From assembly GCA_965213625.1 (NCBI GenBank), contig CBDBZU010000004.1:58126-122125 (forward strand): 64,000 bases of DNA. Direction: 5' to 3'. Positions 1 to 9,767 of this stretch are shown one piece after another. The DNA comes from a bacterium (GTDB lineage: Bacteria > UBA8248). The number at the start of each line of letters is the position of its first letter. Within the stretch, counting starts at the first letter, position 1. The notes beneath the pieces are model-generated. The model saw nothing but the letters and a program-made list of their open reading frames with translations. It ran no database searches and had not been told where the DNA came from. The position numbers and the translations under genes are program-made.

Positions 1-2
1 TT

Positions 3-3000
3 GATGTTGATACGCTTTTCGGCAGCAAGTCGGGCGTCGGTTTCGTGGTGCTGCCCGACGACGACTCCGACCCGATCCTGCTTCCTTATCCAGACGGTTC
101 ACGGGGTCTGGTATGCGACCACGCGCTGCTCGTTTCAAGCCTCCGCGAGGTCATAGAGAACGAGGCCAATGTCGATTTCATTTCCGACGCGCGGGTCAAT
201 GTCGTTGAAAACGAACGGATCACCTTCTCGAAAAACGGCTCGGAATGCGCCATAAATGTCGACCGAATTATCGGCGCCGACGGCCGCGCTTCGATCGTGC
301 GCAGATCCTTGGGATATTCCATGAACCCGATGCTCTGTTCGCGGATGCTCGGGGTGACGTTACACGACGCCGACCTGCTGTTTGAAGGTTACGGACATCT
401 GGTGCTGGGCGGGCCGGGTCCAATTTTCATTTACGGACTTGCGAACGGCTCCGTCCGGGTCAACCTAGATGTCCCATTGGACTGCTGGAATTCCAAGGAT
501 CGGATAAGTTTCTTGTCTGAATCCTATGGCAGGCTGCTTCCGGGATATCTCGGGCAGGCCTTCGTCGAAGCGCTGCACGTCAGGCGATTCTATGCCGCCG
601 CCAACCAGTTGAGACCGCGTGTCACGTACGGGAACCCGCGGCGGGTGCTTATCGGCGATGCGGCCGGACACTATCATCCCATGACGGCAGTCGGCATGAC
701 TCTCGGCTTCGGCGATGCGCTGGCGCTCTCCGAAAGCGAGGACTTCCAGCAATTCACCGCAGAGCGGTTCCAGGCGACCCGTGTTCCCGAGTTCCTTGCC
801 ATGGGGCTTTATGAGGTGTTGGCCGATTACCGCACCGAATCGGTTATGCTCAGAAAGGCCGTTTACCAGGGCTGGCGAGCGAATTCGGGGTATCGGGACC
901 GGACCATGCGGATACTTGCCTGCCAAGAGTTGTCCATGTCAATGACGGTTTTCTCCTTTTGCGAAACTATCGCGCGGGCAATGAGCCGGGAGATAATCTT
1001 CTCCATCCGCAGGTTTTCATGGCGTCGGATATTGGTGAACTTTCGCGCGTTGGCTGCTCGCCTTTGGTGGTTGCTGCTCGGCATCCGCCAGTTGAGGGAG
1101 GCGACCAGGGAAGGAAGGGAGGAAAGCGCGAAAGCGCGAGAGCACCTACGACGGGCATTCCCCTATACCATCCCTTCGAAAACCGAATCGGAGCGGTCCG
1201 CCCGCGCCGGAGAGGTCGATTCGCCCGATGCCGGTCCGGCGCTGGGCAGCGCCGCCCAATGCCTCGTGCAAATGCAGAGAGAGGACGGCCACTGGGAAGG
1301 CGAGATGGTCTGGTGTCCCATGCTCACGGCGCAATACGTACTGCTCCACCACATCATCGGCCAGCCGCTCGATCCGGGAAAGCGGCGCCGGGTGCTGCGC
1401 TCGTTTGAGAGGACCCGTCTCCAGGACGGTTCATGGGGCCTGCACGAGCATTCGTCGCCCCATCTGTTCGTCACCGCCCTCGTTTATGTCGCGGCGCGGC
1501 TGCTCGGTGAAGAGCCGGATGACCCCCTGATCGCGCCGGCCCGGCGGTTCATTCAGGCCGAGGGGATTCTCGGCATTCCGAGCTGGGGAAAATTCTGGCT
1601 GGCGCTCCTTAGTCTTTATGATTGGAACGGTGTGAACGCTGTTCTGCCGGAATTGTGGAGCCTACCGCGGAAGATACCGCTGCATCCCTCCAATTGGTAC
1701 TGCCATACACGGCTCATCTATATGGCGATGGCGTCAATTTATGTCCGCCGGTTCCAGGCGCCCGTCACACCAGTTATCGCCGCGTTGCGGGAAGAACTTT
1801 ATCCGCAAGGTTTTGCCATGGCCGATTTTCTCGCCACCAGGAACCGGCTTCGGGACGCCGATCTTTTTGCAAGGCCGTCCGTCTGGCTCAGGCTCGGATA
1901 TAGATTTGCACGGCTGGTCGAGCGGTTCCACAGCAAACACCTGCGCACACAGTGCATGGATGCAATTCTCGGGCAGATCAGATGGGAACTGCAGACCACC
2001 AGCCATACTAGCATCTCTCCGGTCAGCGGCATTCTCAACATTCTGGCGCTGTGGCTGCACGATCCGGACGATACCGATTGCCGACGGGCGCTATCGAAAA
2101 TGGATTCCTGGATATGGGAAGACGAAGACGACGGCTTGCGGGTCACCGGAGCAAGAAGCGCTTCGTGGGATACCGGGTTCGCGCTGCAAGCTCTGGCTAC
2201 CATGCCTGAGACGGACCGTGTTCGGGATGCGCTCCGGCGCGGCGCCGATTTTCTGCTCGGCGAACAGATCAAGACCAGCTTTGAGCGGTTTCGTGAAGCC
2301 TACCGCGCTGACCCCAAAGGCGGCTGGTGCTTCGCCGGCGGGTGGCATGGCTGGCCGGTGAGTGACTGCACGGCGGAGGCGGTGCTCGGACTCGTCGCCG
2401 CCCACGGAGACGACACGGACTCGTCCGTGCTCAGCGAAGCGATTGGCTTTATGTTGCGAAGCCAGAACCCCGACGGCGGCTTCGGCAGTTATGAGGCCAG
2501 GCGCTCGGCAATTGATCTGGAGCGCTTGAATCCCGCAGAGATGTTCGGCGAATCGATGACCGAGCATTCTTTTGTCGAATGTACCGCGTCTTGTATCGCG
2601 GCGCTGGCTGTCTGCCGGGATCGATTTCCCGAAATTGGCGACAGGTCAGGGGTTGCCGATTCCATCGCCCGGGGCGCCTTGTGGTTGCGACGGAACCAGA
2701 TGGCTGACGGCAGTTGGCGCGGCGTATGGGGGGTCCAGTACATCTACGGCACCCTTTTCGGCATCAGGGGCCTTGTTTCGGACCGGGCCGGTCCAAGCGA
2801 TCCGGCGCTGCGCGCGTCTTGCCGCTGGCTGCTGGAGCGCCAGCAGCAAGACGGGGGATGGGGTGAACACCACAGCGGCTGCCTAAGCGGTCGCTACGTC
2901 CCGCATCAGGAAAGTCAGGTCATACAGACCGCGTGGGCGCTGATAGCGCTCCTCGAGGCGGACGAAACTGACTGGGCCGCGATTTCCCGGGGCGCTGGCT

Positions 3001-3263
3001 TCCTGCTTAATACGCAGGAAGCAGACGGGACTTGGCCCAAGCAGGACATGCCCGGCGTTTTTTTTCGGACGGCGCTCCTGGATTACGGGCTCTACCGCCA
3101 GTATTTCCCCCTGCACGCGCTTGGTCTCTACGAGCAGCGTCGCCGGAAGCGACGCAAGAGCATGATATTACCGGCGAGAAGTCAACGCGTCATGGCTGAA
3201 AGAGTGGCGGCTGTGGAAATGAAGCCGGACGGCGGAACCGGAACGGCAAAGAATATCTCGTAG
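3..3263 (+). CDS. Fused squalene monooxygenase (epoxidase) / oxidosqualene cyclase; 5' end cut by the window edge
   Basis: The frame is open from nt 3 (ORF track 45..3263). The N-terminal part has the squalene-epoxidase-like signature IGDAAGHYHPMTAVGMTLGFGDA. A hydrophobic linker (LAARLWWLLLGI) follows. The C-terminal part has six QW repeats (QREDGHWEG, LQDGSWGL, QNPDGGFGS, QMADGSWRG, QQQDGGWGE, QEADGTWPK) and the catalytic WPVSDCTAEA motif typical of oxidosqualene cyclases, not the DxDDTA of squalene-hopene cyclases. Confidence 0.8.
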   Translation, partial: DVDTLFGSKSGVGFVVLPDDDSDPILLPYPDGSRGLVCDHALLVSSLREVIENEANVDFISDARVNVVENERITFSKNGSECAINVDRIIGADGRASIVRRSLGYSMNPMLCSRMLGVTLHDADLLFEGYGHLVLGGPGPIFIYGLANGSVRVNLDVPLDCWNSKDRISFLSESYGRLLPGYLGQAFVEALHVRRFYAAANQLRPRVTYGNPRRVLIGDAAGHYHPMTAVGMTLGFGDALALSESEDFQQFTAERFQATRVPEFLAMGLYEVLADYRTESVMLRKAVYQGWRANSGYRDRTMRILACQELSMSMTVFSFCETIARAMSREIIFSIRRFSWRRILVNFRALAARLWWLLLGIRQLREATREGREESAKAREHLRRAFPYTIPSKTESERSARAGEVDSPDAGPALGSAAQCLVQMQREDGHWEGEMVWCPMLTAQYVLLHHIIGQPLDPGKRRRVLRSFERTRLQDGSWGLHEHSSPHLFVTALVYVAARLLGEEPDDPLIAPARRFIQAEGILGIPSWGKFWLALLSLYDWNGVNAVLPELWSLPRKIPLHPSNWYCHTRLIYMAMASIYVRRFQAPVTPVIAALREELYPQGFAMADFLATRNRLRDADLFARPSVWLRLGYRFARLVERFHSKHLRTQCMDAILGQIRWELQTTSHTSISPVSGILNILALWLHDPDDTDCRRALSKMDSWIWEDEDDGLRVTGARSASWDTGFALQALATMPETDRVRDALRRGADFLLGEQIKTSFERFREAYRADPKGGWCFAGGWHGWPVSDCTAEAVLGLVAAHGDDTDSSVLSEAIGFMLRSQNPDGGFGSYEARRSAIDLERLNPAEMFGESMTEHSFVECTASCIAALAVCRDRFPEIGDRSGVADSIARGALWLRRNQMADGSWRGVWGVQYIYGTLFGIRGLVSDRAGPSDPALRASCRWLLERQQQDGGWGEHHSGCLSGRYVPHQESQVIQTAWALIALLEADETDWAAISRGAGFLLNTQEADGTWPKQDMPGVFFRTALLDYGLYRQYFPLHALGLYEQRRRKRRKSMILPARSQRVMAERVAAVEMKPDGGTGTAKNIS

Positions 3264-3331
3264 AGGGATGGAAAAAAGGGGACCGGAAGCCGCAGGAATC
3301 GGCATCACGAGAAAGAATCAAATCACGAGAA

Positions 3332-5362
3332 ATGGAGTGTAACATGATAACGAAGCAATCGTTGAATATCCCGCAAGAATTCATCCTGACGATTCTCAAC
3401 GAGCAGAACGGTTATTTCCACCAAGTGGAGGGCTGGACGTTGAACTGCGCCACCATCGGCGCAGTTCTGGCCGATCTCTGCTTGAAATCACGCGTTGATA
3501 CAGATGAAGAATCACTTTTTCTGCTGGACTCAACCAAAACAGGCGACCCGGAACTGGATTTATGCCTGGAAGAGATCGCATCCCATCCCAATCTGGAAGA
3601 ACCGCGATACTGGATTGAGCGGCTTGCAGTTCATTCGGAAGACATCATCGATGCTACGCTGAAGCACTTGATCAAGTCCGAAATTCTGACACGCCATGAT
3701 GGTGAGTTTTATACAACGAACCACTGCGCCTGGCATGCGAAATTGGAACGATATCCCCAAAGCGAGAGCGTCGGAAAGTACATCAAATCGAGAATCGAGG
3801 AGGTGATTTTCACGGATATCATTCCGGACCCGAGGGATTCCCTGATAATCGGTCTTTTGGATGCGTGCGATATCATTAAATTTATTTTCGAGCTGGATGA
3901 GGAAGAGAAAAAGCGAATTGACCTGGTTTGTAAAACGGAACTGCTCAACCGGGTCATTTCCAGTGCCGTCAAGCAAGTCGCCATTACGCCTGCATTGCAA
4001 CACTCACCCCTCACAAAATCAATTCCGAAGATTCCCCTAAAGAGCTTGCTTGCAAATCGGCATTTGTGGGACGGCAACCTGCCGGCGCTGTTCGGGAATC
4101 TGGCCGACCGATATGGTCCGGTCTTTCAAATCTGTGCGCCGTTTCAAAAGCCGCGAACATTTTTAGCTGGACCTGATATCAATCATTGGGTGCGTCGAAA
4201 TTCCCGAAGGTTTTTAACTTCCGGCAATTTTTTTCGCAAGATGGAGATGGTTTGCGGCGCAAACAATTTACTGCCGTCGATGGACGGAGCCGATCATTTT
4301 CGATTGCGCAAGCTGATGGGGAAAATTTACTCGAAAGCCAGTTTCTATGAGAGGCTGGATGATATGTTCCGACTGAGCCGCCAATTCATGATAAGTCAAG
4401 AGTGGCAGGCGGGATCGAGACTGGAAGTACAGCGAGATACCCGGTTGATGACCAATTTTCAATTGTCTCAGGTTCTTATTAGTACGGATTCGCAAGATGT
4501 ATTTGAAGATCTGGTCAAATGGAATGAAAGAGCAATCCTTTGCTACGTTGCGGATTTTCTGCCGAAATTCCTGACGCGCACTCCCGGCATGAAGTATCGC
4601 TTTCAGCTTTACGAGAAACTCCTGCGGCGCATCGAGCAGAACCATATACCCATTCACCGCGCAGGTGTTGTCGAGGAGCTAGCGGACGCACTGATTGCTT
4701 TGCACAACAGCGACCCGCAGTTTATCCCGGAGCAAAACCTGCTGTTCATGCTGGGGGTAACGCCTGTGTTTCAAAGTATTTATCTAGGGGACATGTTGGG
4801 ATTCGTGCTTTATGAAATGGCCAGGCAGCCGGAAATTACGGCGAGAATTCGTGAAGAGGCAAACGCGCTTTTCGATGGCGGGGACCCGGATAAAGACGAG
4901 TTTTCGCCGGACAAGTATGACGTTACCAGACGTTTTCTCATGGAATGCTTACGAATGTATCCGATTATCTGCATACATCTTCGCGATGTCTCAAGTTCTT
5001 GCGTCGTGGCAAATTATTCACTGCCGCTCAGGGAACGGTTGTACATTGTTCAAACCGCGGCGCACTACATGAGTGATTGCTTCGCAGACCCCTACGAATT
5101 CGATATCGACCGTTATCTGCCGCCGCGCAATGAGCATCAAGGTCCTGGATACGCTCCGAACGGCTTGGATACCCACTCGTGCGCAGGATGGGCATGGATG
5201 CATTTGCAGTTAACAGTTACCGTGTTGGTTATAGCGCATCATTTCGAGTTCGCGCTGCCGCCTAAAGACTATAAGCTGAAAATCAACCCGTTCCCGGCAT
5301 TGTCGGTTACGAAGAAACTTCGGCTGCGCATCGCAAGCCAGTTGCGCGAAATTTCGGCTTGA
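3332..5362 (+). CDS. GPP34(GOLPH3-like) domain fused to a divergent cytochrome P450
   Basis: The N-terminal ~215 aa resemble GPP34 family proteins (LNIPQEFILTILNEQNGYF...IGAVLADLCL). The C-terminal ~440 aa has P450 landmarks: YGPVFQI near its start, ExxR (ECLR), the PERF-like PYEFDIDRY, and the Cys-ligand loop PNGLDTHSCAG. It lies 69 nt downstream of the cyclase on the same strand. Confidence 0.7.
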   Translation: MECNMITKQSLNIPQEFILTILNEQNGYFHQVEGWTLNCATIGAVLADLCLKSRVDTDEESLFLLDSTKTGDPELDLCLEEIASHPNLEEPRYWIERLAVHSEDIIDATLKHLIKSEILTRHDGEFYTTNHCAWHAKLERYPQSESVGKYIKSRIEEVIFTDIIPDPRDSLIIGLLDACDIIKFIFELDEEEKKRIDLVCKTELLNRVISSAVKQVAITPALQHSPLTKSIPKIPLKSLLANRHLWDGNLPALFGNLADRYGPVFQICAPFQKPRTFLAGPDINHWVRRNSRRFLTSGNFFRKMEMVCGANNLLPSMDGADHFRLRKLMGKIYSKASFYERLDDMFRLSRQFMISQEWQAGSRLEVQRDTRLMTNFQLSQVLISTDSQDVFEDLVKWNERAILCYVADFLPKFLTRTPGMKYRFQLYEKLLRRIEQNHIPIHRAGVVEELADALIALHNSDPQFIPEQNLLFMLGVTPVFQSIYLGDMLGFVLYEMARQPEITARIREEANALFDGGDPDKDEFSPDKYDVTRRFLMECLRMYPIICIHLRDVSSSCVVANYSLPLRERLYIVQTAAHYMSDCFADPYEFDIDRYLPPRNEHQGPGYAPNGLDTHSCAGWAWMHLQLTVTVLVIAHHFEFALPPKDYKLKINPFPALSVTKKLRLRIASQLREISA

Positions 5363-5542
5363 AGGTGCTCCTGCAGGCCTGACCGGCAATACGGACGCTA
5401 TCGAGAATGAAGGCATGCCGCGAACGTGGACGCGGAGGGGCGGAAGTTTGCTCGCGAGACACCCGGCGGAACCGCCCCGGCCTGATCGGCGCTTAGACGG
5501 CCTCATTCCTTCGACCTACGCCATCACGAAACGTCCCAGAAG

Positions 5543-7882
5543 CTAGTCGCCGAGCGCTTGCCCGTGTTTCGTCCTGTCGAGCGTCAGCAGAAGCGGCGGT
5601 AGTAAAAAGAGGTCCGCAACGAGCGCAATGATGACCGTCATTCCGACCAGCAACCCGAGCGTCTGATTGGTCACTAGCCCCGATGCGCCAAAGACGAAAA
5701 ACGCCACCGCAAAAATCAAGGTTGTGCTTAGCAGCGGTTTTCCAACGAGTTCGAAAGTCGGCGCGATAGCTTCGGAAGGTGATTTGCCCTCTGCGCGTGA
5801 TTTCAGGTATTTGGACAGGAGATGGATGGTATCGTCCACAACGATGGCAAACGCTATCGCGGTAACGATTGACGCCGCAATATTCACGTTTCCCGCGGCG
5901 TAACCCCAAGCCCCCAGGGACATGATTGCCGGAACGAAATTGGGTATTAAGCTCAGAAGCCCCAAACGAAGGCTTTTGAATGCAAAAATCAACAGCAGTG
6001 AGACGATCGAGATCGCGATGAAGGTTCCGAGTAACATGTTCACGATGTTTCTCATCACCGAGTAAGCGCCGACAATGGCGACGCCGGTCGCTCCGGTTCG
6101 CATTTGCGGCGCATTTTTTCCCAGCCAGGCAGAAGCGCGATTGTCCAGCTCGATTTGCTCTTTGACCGACATTCCCCCGATCACGACGGTCATCCGGGTC
6201 GCCGAACGCTCAAAGTTGATGAGATTGTTTATGTCGCGGCCGACCGGTAGAGAGAACTCGTATAAAAGCAGGTATTGCGCCGCAAGGTCGGAGTTTGCCG
6301 GCAGTGCATAGGTGCCTTTTGCGTCATTGCGCAGATTCTGATTAATCCGCTTCATGATATCAGCAATCGAGGTGACGTGAGAAACTTCAGGCTGTTTGCG
6401 AAGCCAATTGGCGAACGAATCCACCCGATGCAGGTACTCAATGTCGGTGATTCCCCCTGCACGCCCGGAATTCAGTGAATACTCAAAGGAATCCAGCCCG
6501 GAAAAGTTCTCGTTTATGAAATCCCCCGATCGGCGCAACTCGTAGCTTTCGTTAAGCAGCTTGGCATTGTTGTTGTCATTCAGTTTAATTCTCGAGACGC
6601 CATATGCGCTCACCAGAACGAGTATGACGAAAGTCCAAAGCAACAAGGTGCTTTTGGAAACGACGAAATCTCCCAAACGCTTGAAAGTTTTCGTTCCGTT
6701 TCTCTTTTCGGCGGGCGCCCGCATGGGCATCATCGCCAACAATGCGGGCAAAAGCGTGACCGCGTAAGCGAATGCGCACATGGCGCCGAACGCAACGATA
6801 TTTCCCATCACTCGAAACGGGGGCATTTCCGAGAAATTCAGGCTCAGAAAACCGATCATGGTGGTGAGCGAAGTGAGGAATATCGGATGGGCATTGATTT
6901 GCAGGGAATGAACAACAGCGGCTTTACGTTCCATTCCACGAAGCATTCCATCGGTCATTCCTTCGATCAGATGGACGGAGTGTGCGATGGCAATCGCCAT
7001 CAGAACGAATACCGCGGCGCCGCTTTCCGCATAGAATTTCAATCCGAACCAGCCGGTTAAACCGAAACTCGATGCCATCACCGCAATTATCATCGCAATA
7101 ATTCCACAAACGCTCCAAACCGAACGCAGCAATAGAATGGCCACCAGAACCATCATCGCAAACGCGATGGGCGCCAAAAAGGACATATCTTCATTCAGCG
7201 CCTCGCGAACCGCCCGATTCAACAACAGTTCACCATAGATGTGATATTCGATATCGGGGTTGGACGCGCGCTGTTTGTTGACGAGACCGTAGAGACCGTC
7301 GACCACTTCGATTTTGCGCTGTTTCCTTTTCTCATCGGGAATAGCCAGGCTCACGATCAGCCCGGCTACACGACCGTCGCGAGAGACGAAACGGCCGGCC
7401 GTTTCCTGTGTGGTGAGCGCAATCTCTCGAACACGGGCGAGTTTGACCTCGTCCAGCGAAGCCGCATCGTCGACCAGCTGCTCGACAATCAGTGTGTCCT
7501 CGATTCCCTCGGTGTGTAGGTAATTGGTTATCGAATCGACACGGACAGAATAAGGCGTTTGCCACAACACCTCCGTCAGTTGCTCAATCGCAACGAGTGC
7601 TTTGCGCGTGAAAACGGTGTCGTTCGGCGGGGCGACAATGACGAGCACGCTGTCCGACACTGCGTAGGTCTTTTCGAAATCGTCGAGTTTGATCAAATGC
7701 GGATCATCTTCATCGAAGTGATTTCGGATGCCTACATTGACGGTAATCAGGTGCTGCACTCCCGCGGCGAGAACCGCGGTCACCAGGAATGTGACGGCTA
7801 TCGTCCAGAAGTATTGACCCACTACCAGATCGAAAAAACCGGACTTCGACTTGGATGTCATGTTATGTGCGCTTTCCCGCAT
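5543..7882 (-). CDS. RND/MMPL-superfamily transporter (HpnN-like, 12-TM type)
   Basis: 779-aa ORF with two blocks of multiple hydrophobic helices separated by soluble loops, the typical MMPL/HpnN layout. It is convergent with the P450 gene. Confidence 0.65.
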   Translation of the reverse strand: MRESAHNMTSKSKSGFFDLVVGQYFWTIAVTFLVTAVLAAGVQHLITVNVGIRNHFDEDDPHLIKLDDFEKTYAVSDSVLVIVAPPNDTVFTRKALVAIEQLTEVLWQTPYSVRVDSITNYLHTEGIEDTLIVEQLVDDAASLDEVKLARVREIALTTQETAGRFVSRDGRVAGLIVSLAIPDEKRKQRKIEVVDGLYGLVNKQRASNPDIEYHIYGELLLNRAVREALNEDMSFLAPIAFAMMVLVAILLLRSVWSVCGIIAMIIAVMASSFGLTGWFGLKFYAESGAAVFVLMAIAIAHSVHLIEGMTDGMLRGMERKAAVVHSLQINAHPIFLTSLTTMIGFLSLNFSEMPPFRVMGNIVAFGAMCAFAYAVTLLPALLAMMPMRAPAEKRNGTKTFKRLGDFVVSKSTLLLWTFVILVLVSAYGVSRIKLNDNNNAKLLNESYELRRSGDFINENFSGLDSFEYSLNSGRAGGITDIEYLHRVDSFANWLRKQPEVSHVTSIADIMKRINQNLRNDAKGTYALPANSDLAAQYLLLYEFSLPVGRDINNLINFERSATRMTVVIGGMSVKEQIELDNRASAWLGKNAPQMRTGATGVAIVGAYSVMRNIVNMLLGTFIAISIVSLLLIFAFKSLRLGLLSLIPNFVPAIMSLGAWGYAAGNVNIAASIVTAIAFAIVVDDTIHLLSKYLKSRAEGKSPSEAIAPTFELVGKPLLSTTLIFAVAFFVFGASGLVTNQTLGLLVGMTVIIALVADLFLLPPLLLTLDRTKHGQALGD

Positions 7883-8564
7883 GATTTGATTCCTTCTCGC
7901 GGTGCCGACTCCTGCAGCATCCGGTAATCTTTTTTCCCATACCTCTATAATATCTGCCTTCTATTGTATGGCTTCATGTCCATGGCCGCCACTTTTTTTA
8001 TGACAGGTTGGCTTCTCGCGGGAGCAGACCATCAGACAACTCCGTCGAGACGACGGATCAGCGGTTCTGTGACGGAGATCCAGTCGTCCCGCATCGGGCG
8101 CGCCGACGCGCTGCTCCTCACGAGCACCCATGCCCGCGATTTGCTTAAAGGCGGGGGCGCGACGCTCGTCGGGGAGACGGTCGAGACGTTCGATTGCGCG
8201 GGCGCGCGCTGCGTCGCTCGGAACGGGACGGCGGTCTCAGCCTCTCCTGGGCGCACAACGTAATACGCCCCGGCCATGAATGCGCTCGCCTTGACGGCCC
8301 AACAGGCACCATTGAGAAAGATCCGGTGTCGGTGTATATTTGTCGAATATTCGTTCAGCTTTGAGAAAAAGCGTCGTCTCATGAGAAAATGCGAACCAGC
8401 CGCTTTAGGCGCATATTCTCCTTGTGATTTGCTGCCTTGGGGAAAGCGGCGAGTCGCCCCTTCCGGCATCCTCTAGTGGAAACCTCCTGAAGAAAGAATG
8501 CAGCATCTCCCTCTTGCCGGGAGGGGCGGCGCTCGAACACATCATTTTCATTCGGGAGGGAAAG

Positions 8565-8835
8565 ATGCGGAAATCAGATATCTCGACCCATGTCGCAGAT
8601 AGGGTCTCTCTCTAAGGCCGAAGCGCGAAGCGCTGTGGATGAGCTATTGGGTATCGTCGGGGATGCTCTCGCTCGCGGGGAGAGGGTCTACCTACCGGGT
8701 CTCGGGGCGTTCTCGCTCAGGAGCCGCCCGGCGCGGCGGGGACGGAACCCACGCACGGGGGAGCGCATCGACTTGCCGGCTTCGAAGACGCCACATTTCA
8801 AGGCCGCCAAGGCGCTCAGTAACACAGTGCGCTAA
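8565..8835 (+). CDS. hup: HU/IHF-family DNA-binding protein with an apparent frameshift in a (TC)n run
   Basis: The 8590..8835 ORF reads LSKAEARSAVDELLGIVGDALARGERVYLPGLGAFSLRSRPARRGRNPRTGERIDLPASKTPHFKAAKAL, a classic HU fold signature. The expected first helix (MRKSDISTHVADRVSL) is in another frame starting at ATG 8565, behind the strong SD GGGAGGG. The two frames meet at tctctctct, 8605-8613. Confidence 0.75.
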
Positions 8836-9419
8836 CACCGGCGTCGAATAGGTCCCCGGTGATGCCGTCCGCGAAGCAACCCAAGGCCTTCCATCGCCGA
8901 ATCGCTAGTAAGGTGCGCTTAGCGCGTCGTAGTTTCGCTCTTGATCCGGCCCGGGAGTTTCTCCGCGAAGCCGAAACAAGCCGCCAGCGTCGCCGAAATC
9001 GGCCACCTCCGATTCGACCGTATTATGCGTTGAGGCGTAAGGGCTACACAAGTCCTCACGCATTATATGCGCCGCGCTCTCGATACCCGGGGTTTTGAGC
9101 CCCCTGGGATGGAAATGCGACGCCCCAAAACGCCGTCTCCGGTGGCGCGGTTCGCCACGAGAGCATTATCCTGAGCCACTTGATCGTCAAGGGACGCAGC
9201 CGCAACACCGACCGGCTGTCCCTCACACCAGAGGAATGGCCCGCCGTCTGCGATGCGCATGAGTATCTATTCGCGCCGGAAGATTTCGAGGCATGGGACC
9301 GCAGGACACGCTCCCTGAGTGACCTCGCACGCGCAATTCGGCGAAAAAACGCTTGTTAATGAATTATTTTTCACTGTCGGGAGGGAATCGGGACATCCCG
9401 TTCTCGCTGAACCGCTCGC

Positions 9420-9767
9420 TCAGACCCACGAACGACCCGACGAACACGCCCGTACGGCCGTCGCTCTCCTCGAAATCAGCGTAGGTGAGGCCCGCCGCCA
9501 GCCGGGGGTTCCCGTCCGTGTCCTGGCGGCTGGACAGGGCCCCCAAGAATTTTCCTGGTGGCGGACTGTATCGAGTGTGCGGATGCGGCCATCGTGGTAG
9601 CCCACGTCGATGCTGTGGACGCCATCGACAGAGGTCGTCCGCGTGCGAAACGGTTGAGGTGTGGGCGTAAGCGTGGGCATCGAAATTAATAGCGGAGAGG
9701 AACCGCCACCGAAACAGCCCGCCGTCAGCGAAACCAGTAACAGGGTAATCAGTGTCCGGAGATTCAT
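9420..9767 (-). CDS. Putative small lipoprotein (possibly frameshifted; the C-terminal part reads better in the 9364..9783 frame)
   Basis: Signal peptide plus lipobox MNLRTLITLLLVSLTAGC. After ~70 aa the frame becomes Arg/Ala-rich, while the overlapping frame gives plausible protein sequence (GNPRLAAGLTYADFEESDGRTGVFVGSFVGL). Confidence 0.3.
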   Translation of the reverse strand: MNLRTLITLLLVSLTAGCFGGGSSPLLISMPTLTPTPQPFRTRTTSVDGVHSIDVGYHDGRIRTLDTVRHQENSWGPCPAARTRTGTPGWRRASPTLISRRATAVRACSSGRSWV

